This document shows, one piece after another, positions 38,567 to 46,964 of a DNA stretch of 64,000 nucleotides. The position numbers and the translations under genes are program-made. Positions within the stretch are counted from its first letter, which is position 1; every line of letters begins with the position of its first letter. The notes under the pieces were generated by a model, which worked only from the letters and a program-made list of their open reading frames with translations, made no database searches and was not told the DNA's origin. The DNA comes from Trueperaceae bacterium (GTDB lineage: Bacteria; Deinococcota; Deinococci; Deinococcales; Trueperaceae): positions 1,440,001 to 1,504,000 of the forward strand of contig OZ243956.1 in NCBI GenBank assembly GCA_965214405.1, written 5' to 3'.

Positions 38567-41500
38567 CTACTGCACCCTCACCTGAAACCTGGCCTCGCCC
38601 GCGGCGTTCGGGGCCAGCACACCGGGACTAGCCAGGCTGCACGGAGAGGCGACGGCTGCGTTCTTAAAGTCCACCCTGACCTCGCCCGCGCCCGCCTCCA
38701 AATACACGAGCGTTCCGTTCGGACATACCAGGCGCACCTCGCTGGCGTTCGGGTACACGTCTCGCACCAGAGCGGTATAAGAGGGCACGGTGTCAGACAG
38801 CACCGCGTCGGAAATGGAGGGGCCGAAGAGCTTATAGGCCACGCGGTAAACGAGCACCTCGCCGGGCGAGACGCTCAAGGCTTGGCTGGCGGTGTCGCTA
38901 AAGGCCGCGGCGGCGTCGCAAGCGCCCTCGCTGGTGAGTCTGCAAACCGACTTGGACAGCTTGAGGCCGCTGATGGTGACGCCCAGAGACTTCTGGTCGT
39001 CCTCGGTCGCCACGTTGTTGTTGGGCGTTGAGTTCGGGTCGGGCTGGTCGGCGGCGGTCACTTGCGCGGTATTGCTAACGGTCACGCCGAACAAGTCGCG
39101 GTTGTACGTGATGTCGAGAGGGACTTTGAGCGTTTCGGGTGCGCCCACGGCCACCGCGCCCAGGGTGCAGGTCACGTTCACGCCACTCACCGCACACGCT
39201 TCGCTGCCGTCGCCGCCCGAGACGCTTACGTTGGCCGCGTCTACCGTCACGCCCGCGGGGAGGCTCGAGAACACGTCTCCCACTTTCACGCCCGTCGCCC
39301 CGAGGGGTCCCGCGTTGGTGACCGTGACGCCATAAACGACCCTTGTTGTGGCTCCTACTTTGGGGACAGGATAGGGCTTATCCACCGTTTTGGTGAGTGA
39401 GAGGTCGGCGTTTACCGCCACGGGATTAACGGCGGCGTTGCTGCTCTTGGAGGCGGTTTGGTCGCTCGCAGCGGAGGCGACGTTCTCTATCTGCGTGACC
39501 GTCGGGGACGGGTTCACTTTTGCCTGAAAAGTCACCTTGGCCGACGCGCCCACGGCCAGGTAGAGGCCGCTCGCCACCGCGGGGGGCGCACCCCCCGCGG
39601 TGGCGGCAGGCGTTTGGGGTTTTTTGAACGAGACCTGAATGTCGTCGATAAACATTTGCCTGGTCACGCTGCTCGGCACGCCGCTCGAGGAGCCCTGGCC
39701 GATAAAACGGATTTGGGTGGCGCTCGAGGCGTACGCCCCAAGGTCAAAACTCTGCGTTATTTGCGCGCCGTCGTCGGCGTTGAGCGGATAGGCGGCCAGG
39801 CGCTGCCAGCTCGAGCCGCCGTTTGAAGAGACCTCTAAGTAAACGAGGCCCGTCGCGCCCGTCGCGCGGCGGCGGTAGGTAAAACTCAGGGTTGCCGATG
39901 ACGCCCCGCTAAGGTCCACGCCGCGCCGCAGGCCTTTGTTACCCAAAGGCACGTTTTGCGCGTCAAAGGTTAAGCAGGTGCCCGCCGCGCAAAGCGCGCT
40001 CGAGCCCACCCGCACCACGCCCGCACTCACCCCGTCGGATTCGCCCAGCTCGGTCCACGCGCCGCTCCAGTTCGCGGTGCCGTTGTTGCCGCCGTAACTC
40101 GCCGTGGTAAATTCGTCGCGCACGGTGCCCGACTGAACGGGCGGCGCGCTCACCTGGGCGCTGTTGGCGACGTAGGTGGTGCCTGCCGGAAGCGCGTCTT
40201 TGACGTTCACGTTTGAGAGCGGCACGTTGCCCGTGTTGCTCACGTTGACGGTGTAGGTAAGCGTGTCACCGGGCGCGACCGCGCCGCTCTTGTCGGCGGT
40301 TTTAGAAACCGAGAGCGACGGGTTGGGCGGGGCGACGGGCCTTACGCTCGCCAAAGCGCGGTTGTTGGCGGTGTTTCTGTCGTTACCGTTAAAAGTGACG
40401 AGCGCGCTGTTGGTGATGGTTGACCCGGCGGTTCCGCCATTAACGCGCGCGCGAACCGTAAAGCTCTTCGAACCCCCCGGCGCGAGGGTGCCCAAAAAGC
40501 AACTCGGCACGCCCGTTGTCCCCTCGCAACCGCTCGTACTAAGAACGGTAAGCCCCGCGGGAAACGCGTCTTTGACGGTGACGCTCGGTGCGGTGCCGGG
40601 GCCTGTGTTGGTCACGGTCATCGTGTAAAGAACTTCGGAACCCTCCACCGGCGTCGCCTTGTCGACCGATTTGGCGAGCGACACGTCGGCCACGTCCATA
40701 AACACGAGCGGCAATCGGTTGCCCGCGCCGTCATTGGCCTCGACAACGAGCTGATTGCCCGCGGTGAGGTTCGTTAGGCGCATCGTCCACCAGCCGTACG
40801 AGTTATTGATCGCTACACTGTCCGCGCCACTGTTGACGGTGCCTCCGCCGTTCCAGGTTCCGTTACCTGACGCCGCGCCGTTCACAGCGGTGCCGTCGGG
40901 GCGGATGTACATGACAGAGGCGTTACCGTCAACATCAAAGTTTCTGAGCTGAAGGGGACTTGCAGCGCCCACGGGAACAAGAAAATAAAGGTTGATGGTC
41001 TGCTGAACCGACTGCTGGATGGAGCTTTGGTACTGCCCGACAACCAGCGGGAAAGAGCCCGAGGACATCGTAAAGGTAAAAGAATTGTCGTCGTCGTTGA
41101 GGTTTGCTGTGGTCACACCGCTAATCGGAAACGCGCCCGTTTCGCTCGTGAGCTGATAGGTGCCCGCCGCGGTGAAGGTGTAGGTGAAAGTCGCGGTGTC
41201 GGGCGAGCTCGAGTCGAACGTCTGCCTTTTGAGAAGGGCGGGGTCGGACGCGCTGCCGGGATTACAGCGCGCGCTGCATAGAGCAAACCGCGTGGGGTCG
41301 CTCGCGCCGCCGCCCACTTCGTCAGCGCCTCCGGTGCGGCTCTTCGGGTCGTTGACCGTCAGCGTGACCGCGCCGCCCGCGTCGGTCAATTGCTCCTGGG
41401 TCACCTCAATAACGAAGCGGTGAACCCGGTCCGTGCTGCTGCTGTCTTTGGTTGTGTACCAGTCGCCAATGGTCGCCGGACGTTCGCGCCCGCTCGTCTG

Positions 41501-41641
41501 AAAGTAGAGGTTGGGCGTTGAGGGGACGGTCTGCGCGTGGGCGGCAGTCCCTAGACACAGCGCCAGCATGAGCCACGCCAAAAGGTGACCAAAAGGCGGA
41601 ACACAGGCTGCGAGGTGTTTAGAGGGACTTAAAGCCTTCAC
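38567..41641 (-). CDS. Secreted multi-DUF11 protein, putative tip adhesin; ends in a truncated DUF11 domain
   Basis: Signal peptide (AHA-Q); three DUF11 repeats (ADVSLAKS, LSVSKT, ADLSLTKT); inserted beta-sandwich; ends LSKS...LSDTVP...RFQVRVQ*. Confidence 0.85.
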   Translation of the reverse strand: MKALSPSKHLAACVPPFGHLLAWLMLALCLGTAAHAQTVPSTPNLYFQTSGRERPATIGDWYTTKDSSSTDRVHRFVIEVTQEQLTDAGGAVTLTVNDPKSRTGGADEVGGGASDPTRFALCSARCNPGSASDPALLKRQTFDSSSPDTATFTYTFTAAGTYQLTSETGAFPISGVTTANLNDDDNSFTFTMSSGSFPLVVGQYQSSIQQSVQQTINLYFLVPVGAASPLQLRNFDVDGNASVMYIRPDGTAVNGAASGNGTWNGGGTVNSGADSVAINNSYGWWTMRLTNLTAGNQLVVEANDGAGNRLPLVFMDVADVSLAKSVDKATPVEGSEVLYTMTVTNTGPGTAPSVTVKDAFPAGLTVLSTSGCEGTTGVPSCFLGTLAPGGSKSFTVRARVNGGTAGSTITNSALVTFNGNDRNTANNRALASVRPVAPPNPSLSVSKTADKSGAVAPGDTLTYTVNVSNTGNVPLSNVNVKDALPAGTTYVANSAQVSAPPVQSGTVRDEFTTASYGGNNGTANWSGAWTELGESDGVSAGVVRVGSSALCAAGTCLTFDAQNVPLGNKGLRRGVDLSGASSATLSFTYRRRATGATGLVYLEVSSNGGSSWQRLAAYPLNADDGAQITQSFDLGAYASSATQIRFIGQGSSSGVPSSVTRQMFIDDIQVSFKKPQTPAATAGGAPPAVASGLYLAVGASAKVTFQAKVNPSPTVTQIENVASAASDQTASKSSNAAVNPVAVNADLSLTKTVDKPYPVPKVGATTRVVYGVTVTNAGPLGATGVKVGDVFSSLPAGVTVDAANVSVSGGDGSEACAVSGVNVTCTLGAVAVGAPETLKVPLDITYNRDLFGVTVSNTAQVTAADQPDPNSTPNNNVATEDDQKSLGVTISGLKLSKSVCRLTSEGACDAAAAFSDTASQALSVSPGEVLVYRVAYKLFGPSISDAVLSDTVPSYTALVRDVYPNASEVRLVCPNGTLVYLEAGAGEVRVDFKNAAVASPCSLASPGVLAPNAAGEARFQVRVQ

Positions 41642-44600
41642 TCCGCCCCCTCCCGGACGAGCCCCGCGTCCACCGCCTCGGTTGCCGCCCCGGCCTCTAA
41701 GCGGTACAAACCTGTCCGGGCCGTGTGCGGGTCTACATCGGCGTCTCGAGCCGCGTCGTCGCCGCGCCCGTAGGGGGAAAAGCGGTAACCCGCGGGTGGG
41801 TTGAACTCGAGGAAGTACGCACCCGGCTCCAAACGCCGGAACTGATAGCGCCCGCGCGCGTCGGTTCGGGTTGTGGCGACGCGTTGCGCGTTGCTGTCAA
41901 GGTCTTGGCCGTTCACGCTTTTGCCGTGAGGAACCATGTAAAGCGTGACGGTGACGTCACCCACACCCGCCTCACTCTCGCCCTGCACCCCGTCAGCGTT
42001 ACTATCCAAAAAGACGCGGTCGCCAATCGAACCGCCGCCGCAACTCCACTCCTCGTCAAAAGCAAAGTCCAGACGTAACGAGAAACCGGGTTTGGCGCTC
42101 AGGGCCGCCGTGGGCGCGGCTAAACCCTCGCCCGCGGTGTACCCGCCGACGCCGTAGAGGCCGCAGCCGAGCTTTTGGGACACCTCCAGGGTCGCGCCCA
42201 GCCCCACGTCGCCCGCCGTTACGTCGTGATAGAGGTGACCAAAGCCGCTCACCCCGCCGCCGCGCCAGGGGTAGGCGCTCGCGCCGAGGATAAACATCTG
42301 GCTAAAGCCGCCCTTGTAGCGGTAGAGGTAGCCTCCCTGGAGCGCCCACGCGTCGCCCACGGGCACGGTGAGGCGGGAGTCACCCTCTAAGCTGGCGACT
42401 CCCTCGGGGGCGAGTGAGCCGAACGCGCCCGTGTGGTTGGCAAGGATGCTCAAGTTCTCGCCGCGGTAAGCCGCGGCCAAGCCTAACCGGAAGCCTTGGT
42501 CGGCACCCTCACCCCTGCTTTCTGAGAGATAGTCTAGTGTCATACTGCCAAACAGGTCTTCGTTGAGCGCGAACACCGCGCTGCTTGTTAGCACATGTTT
42601 AACGCCCTCGCCAAAACGGAGCTCGTAACGGGCGTCCGCGTTGTAGTCGCGTTCGTTGTACGTCGCGCCGAGCGAAAGCACGGTGGTGTCCTCGCCGCCC
42701 CCGTTTTCGTCTCCGCCGAACTCGAGCGTCTGGTCGATGGACCCTTCTATGCTCAGCCGGTCGTTGACCGGATAGAGGCTGCTGACCCCCACCCGGACGC
42801 GACCCGCCTCGCCCGACACGCCCCCGGCGAGCTCGTACTGGGCGGTCACGGTGGTGGTGCCCAAGTCCGTCGTTGGGTCGGGACGCCTGCACACGCCGAT
42901 CTGGCAAACCGCGCTCAAGAGATCGTTTGTCTCAAACCCGGACTCTAAACCCAGAAAGAGCGCGTTGCCCTCGCCCCACACTAAGCGGTCGGTGAGGCGC
43001 AAGGCGAGGCTGCCGCTTATCTGGTAGGCCACGCTAAAGTCCGTCGAAGAGGCGTCGCCCGCGAGCCCTTGACGGTGCGTAATGGCGACTTCGGTGCCCG
43101 CCAGACCCGCTAGGTCGCGCAGGCCCAGCGAGCCGACGAGTTGCAGCGTCCCATTTTGGACGCCTAAACCAAAGCCCACGCTGGGTTTCTCGCCTAAGCG
43201 CGCGCCGCCCAAGAAGAGCGCGCCGCGCCCGCTATACGCGCCGTAGAGCGTGCCGTTATAGCTCAGTCCGGCGCTCCCGCGCCCAAAAGCGCCGCTCAGC
43301 GCCACCGCGACCTCGGGCGAAACCGCAAAGGCCACGTCGGCCTGGAGGAAGTGTCCCGCCGCGCGCTCCCCGTCGGTCTCGGTCTGGACGGTTGCCGAGC
43401 GGTAGCCCTCGCCCTGGTAGCGGTAGCGGCCCTCGGCGGCGACGGGACCGCGTTCAAAACGAACCCCGGCGCTCGCGCCCACGCCGCCCTCACTGCCTTT
43501 GCGTCCGTACGCCACCTCGGCGTCGCCGCGCAGGGTGTCGGTGCCCGCGACCACCCCGGCGCTCGCCACCCGCACAGGAGAAGCGCCCGCGCGGCCCTCC
43601 TCGTACGCGCCCACGCGCACCACCACGCCGCCCAAGTCATACGCCACGCCCACGCCGAACTGAAGCGCCCTGGGCGCTCCGGCCTCGTCCAGTACGCGGT
43701 AACTCAGCACCAGCACGTAGGGATAGCCGTTAAGGTCTGCAAGCGGCAGAGGCCGCGCGAGTTGCAGCACGCCCGTCACCTCATCCAAGGTGTAGTCGAT
43801 GAGCGGCGTCAAGTAACCCAAAAGAGCATCATCAACACCCGCTTCCGTCTCGTCTAGTACGCTGTTGTCAAAGGGGTCGCGCTTGACCACGCGCACGGTG
43901 AGCGAGCCCGGCTCAACGGGCGCGCGCGGCAGCCGGTACAAAGAGGTCCCGTCCGAAGGAAGGATAAGCTCCACGAAGTTAGCGAGATTTTCATAGGCCA
44001 GGTAACCGCGCGCGGTGAGGCCGCCCGCGACGTAAGCGCCGCTCAGACCCGTGTAAGGGCGCGCGAGGTCTAAGAATGCGCCGTCCAGCACGGTGACAAA
44101 GTCGCCGTACTGGAGGTAAGACAAGTCGCGCTCGAGCCTCAAAAAGAGCCCGTCCCGGCTCGTTGCGTCCGAGGTGAGGGGGCCGCTCGAGCCGGTAATG
44201 GGGAAACGTTCATAGGGATTGCCGACTAAGCCTAACTGACCCCGCTCGCCGCCCACGGTGCTGTCCACCGTACTATCTGCTGCGACTGTCAATAAGTAGT
44301 CGTCAAACACGGTGCCGCGCACAAAAAAGCTCGTTTGCAAACCGAAATGCGCGCCTTCGCCCGGCGTGAGGGTCAGCCCAGCGCTACCCGAGCCGCTCGC
44401 GATCCACGGGCGCAGGCCGCTGCCTATCACAAAACGCGTCACAAGCGGCTCGCGGCCCAGCACGGCGGTGATGCTCAGGTCGCCGGGGACGGGGGGAGAA
44501 AGGAGCGCCAAGCGCCCCACGCCGTCCGTGTAGCGGAGCTGATAGCCCACCGCCTGCGGGTCGGCGTCCATAATGGCGGGGAGCGCGCCCGCGAACTCGA

Positions 44601-46893
44601 GCGTTACAAAGCCGTCCATCGGCGCTTTGCCCCACGCGTCAGTCACTTCCACGTCAAACAAAAGGGGCGTCGCGGCGTCGGCGACGAGGTCGCCCACGGG
44701 GGTGATGACGGTCTCTGCGGGCGACCCTGCCAAAAAGACGGTCACCTCGTCTTCTAAAAGCTCGCCTGTGGGAGCGCGGCTCTCGAGCACCACCTCGTTA
44801 GGCCCCGCCGCGAGTCTGACGCCGACGAAAGAAAAAGTCTGACGCCCGCGGCCCTCGTCGTAGCGGCGCGTGCCGAGCGTGTCGGCGGCGACGGGCGCGC
44901 CGTTGACGCTGAGCGTCACCTCGTCACTGAGGGGCGTGTCCACGGTCACCGTAATCGCGTCGCGGGTGCGGAGCGCGAGACCGTCTTCGGGCGAGAGGAT
45001 GACGGCACCCTCATACGTAGCTTCAGTGTCATCCGGAGCCGCGGGGGACGCGTCAGGAGCAGACACGGCGGACACATCGGGAGCGGGGACTCCCGCCGCC
45101 TCGTCCGGCGCAAAGGGCACGTCCTGTTGGGTGATGAGGCCGGGGGCGAGACGCACGCGCCACAAGCCCGGCTTGTCCTCGTTGCGCGTCGGCAGGAGAA
45201 GCAGGGGCGGGGCGGTGGTCGTGTCAACGCGCAATGTGGTGAGGCCGGGGCCGAGGTCGGGAAAGGTGTAGCGGCCTTTCACGTCGGTAATGGTGGACAA
45301 GCCGTTCGAGAGGTAGAGCCTCAGACCCTCAACAGGCGTATCCGTCGCCTCGTCGAACCGGCGGTTTCCGTCCACGTCCACGAACGCGCGGCCCATGAGC
45401 ACGGCTCGAGTCCTAAAAATCCCCGCCTCGACGGGCGTCACCACCGTGTCGCCGCGCTCCATCAGCGTTTCCCCCCGGAGACCGTTCGCGGTGAGCGCGG
45501 CGCGGTTCGTGAGGTCGTTTTTGGTGAGCGCGCCCCCGTCCACGCGCACCTCGAAGCGCACCGTCGCCTCCTCGAGAGGCTCCAAGGCGGCCAGGGTCCA
45601 GCGCAGCGTTTCGGTCCCGCCTGTGGGCTCCCGCTCGGGCTCGAGCCGCGTCTCGGTACCGTCGGGTTCTATGAGGCGGCTCGAGCCTTCCGCGTAAGTC
45701 ACGCCCTCGGGCAAGTTGTCGCTAAGCTCTAAGTTGGTGAGCGGCACCTCGGCGGAAGGGTTGCGCGCGAGCAGGCTGTAGGAGAGCGTGTCGCCGACCG
45801 AGACCCGCGCGGGCGTGGCAGTTTTTTCTAAAAAGAGCTCGGGCGAGCCCAGCGTGTGGCGCAAGGTGGTGCTGCACGCCTCGTCGTGGAGGTCGGCAGC
45901 CACGCAAGCGCGGTTTTCTATGATGGCGTTAGCGTCAGCGTCCGCGCGCACCGAGGTTGTGACCTCGAGCCGCACCGTCATCCCCGCGGGCAACGCGCCA
46001 AAGCGCCAGGTCAGCGTAGCGCCCTCAAAGCTTGCGGCGACGTCCGCACGGAGCCCCGTCTCGGGGTCGGTGACGCTGCCGTCGGTATACGACACGGGCG
46101 CGTCGAGGTCAGAATCGAGCACGTCTGTCACCACCGCGCCCGCCAACGCGGTGCCCACCACCCTGAAAGAAATCTCGTAGCGAACTTCGGCACCAGGGTA
46201 AAGGGGCGTTTCGGCGGGAGGTTGGGAGGTCTTTTCGGGCGTAGAAAAACCCGTGAGCGGCACGGTGACTTGGGCAACGTTATCGGCGTCCACGCTCTCT
46301 ATAGAACCAGCAGAACCGGCGCACGCGCCCACGAGGTTGATAAATATCTCACCGGAGCCGCGCGCGGGCTCCACTTCGGCAAAAAGCGTCACCGTCTCAT
46401 CTGGGGCGAGCGCCTCGAGCCGCGTGACGGCAACGTCCGCGTCGTCTTTGGTTCCGTTGCGATTACCGTCTAAAAATAATTGCGTGCGCTTGGGCTCGAG
46501 CGTGCTCTCGCCCTCCACATCAATACGGAGGTCGTAGGTGTTAGCCGCGTTGCCCGTGTTGGTCAAGCCGTAAACCAGATAGACGGCCCCGCCCGGCGCG
46601 GCAGTCGCGCGCTGACCGGGTGAGGCCGCGCTACCGTTGGGTAAAATAGAGAGGCTGCAAAGCGACTGCACCACCGTGGTGACGCTGTTGGACGGGACGG
46701 ATTCGCTCGAGCCGTCCGTCCGCACAAACGTGACCGTCGCCTGGTTGGTAATAGAGGTGCCCGCAGGCGTGCCCGCGGCGGGCGCGGACGAGACAACACA
46801 TAAAATAAGAGTGAAAATAAGGGTCAGGAACGAGACCTGCGTGGCAAGGTGCCCCCTTGGCCCCCGCGTGGTTCGGTTCGTGGTGAAGTACAA
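41638..46893 (-). CDS. Large DUF11 / SdrD-B / predicted outer-membrane beta-barrel protein, putative anchor or secretion platform
   Basis: Signal peptide, GTPAGTSITNQATVTF, DUF11 domains, SdrD-B-like GRAFVDVDGN, long Gly/aromatic amphipathic strand region ending FSLRLDFAF, final SIGDRVFLD...DAGL domain. Confidence 0.8.
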   Translation of the reverse strand: MYFTTNRTTRGPRGHLATQVSFLTLIFTLILCVVSSAPAAGTPAGTSITNQATVTFVRTDGSSESVPSNSVTTVVQSLCSLSILPNGSAASPGQRATAAPGGAVYLVYGLTNTGNAANTYDLRIDVEGESTLEPKRTQLFLDGNRNGTKDDADVAVTRLEALAPDETVTLFAEVEPARGSGEIFINLVGACAGSAGSIESVDADNVAQVTVPLTGFSTPEKTSQPPAETPLYPGAEVRYEISFRVVGTALAGAVVTDVLDSDLDAPVSYTDGSVTDPETGLRADVAASFEGATLTWRFGALPAGMTVRLEVTTSVRADADANAIIENRACVAADLHDEACSTTLRHTLGSPELFLEKTATPARVSVGDTLSYSLLARNPSAEVPLTNLELSDNLPEGVTYAEGSSRLIEPDGTETRLEPEREPTGGTETLRWTLAALEPLEEATVRFEVRVDGGALTKNDLTNRAALTANGLRGETLMERGDTVVTPVEAGIFRTRAVLMGRAFVDVDGNRRFDEATDTPVEGLRLYLSNGLSTITDVKGRYTFPDLGPGLTTLRVDTTTAPPLLLLPTRNEDKPGLWRVRLAPGLITQQDVPFAPDEAAGVPAPDVSAVSAPDASPAAPDDTEATYEGAVILSPEDGLALRTRDAITVTVDTPLSDEVTLSVNGAPVAADTLGTRRYDEGRGRQTFSFVGVRLAAGPNEVVLESRAPTGELLEDEVTVFLAGSPAETVITPVGDLVADAATPLLFDVEVTDAWGKAPMDGFVTLEFAGALPAIMDADPQAVGYQLRYTDGVGRLALLSPPVPGDLSITAVLGREPLVTRFVIGSGLRPWIASGSGSAGLTLTPGEGAHFGLQTSFFVRGTVFDDYLLTVAADSTVDSTVGGERGQLGLVGNPYERFPITGSSGPLTSDATSRDGLFLRLERDLSYLQYGDFVTVLDGAFLDLARPYTGLSGAYVAGGLTARGYLAYENLANFVELILPSDGTSLYRLPRAPVEPGSLTVRVVKRDPFDNSVLDETEAGVDDALLGYLTPLIDYTLDEVTGVLQLARPLPLADLNGYPYVLVLSYRVLDEAGAPRALQFGVGVAYDLGGVVVRVGAYEEGRAGASPVRVASAGVVAGTDTLRGDAEVAYGRKGSEGGVGASAGVRFERGPVAAEGRYRYQGEGYRSATVQTETDGERAAGHFLQADVAFAVSPEVAVALSGAFGRGSAGLSYNGTLYGAYSGRGALFLGGARLGEKPSVGFGLGVQNGTLQLVGSLGLRDLAGLAGTEVAITHRQGLAGDASSTDFSVAYQISGSLALRLTDRLVWGEGNALFLGLESGFETNDLLSAVCQIGVCRRPDPTTDLGTTTVTAQYELAGGVSGEAGRVRVGVSSLYPVNDRLSIEGSIDQTLEFGGDENGGGEDTTVLSLGATYNERDYNADARYELRFGEGVKHVLTSSAVFALNEDLFGSMTLDYLSESRGEGADQGFRLGLAAAYRGENLSILANHTGAFGSLAPEGVASLEGDSRLTVPVGDAWALQGGYLYRYKGGFSQMFILGASAYPWRGGGVSGFGHLYHDVTAGDVGLGATLEVSQKLGCGLYGVGGYTAGEGLAAPTAALSAKPGFSLRLDFAFDEEWSCGGGSIGDRVFLDSNADGVQGESEAGVGDVTVTLYMVPHGKSVNGQDLDSNAQRVATTRTDARGRYQFRRLEPGAYFLEFNPPAGYRFSPYGRGDDAARDADVDPHTARTGLYRLEAGAATEAVDAGLVREGAE

Positions 46894-46911
46894 AATGGCG
46901 CTCCTGTGAGG

Positions 46912-46939
46912 GTCTGCTCCGGCGTGAACCGGAGCAGAC
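46912..46939 (-). terminator. Intra-operon stem-loop after the putative shaft gene
   Basis: GTCTGCTCCGG-CGTGAA-CCGGAGCAGAC, 11-bp stem, no U-tract. Confidence 0.6.
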
Positions 46940-46964
46940 TGAGAGTAGGTGTGGGCTAAGCCGC

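Noticed and set aside
41496..41516. PNLYFQT resembling a TEV protease site
   Set aside because: Differs from ENLYFQ(G/S) and there is no vector context; coincidence
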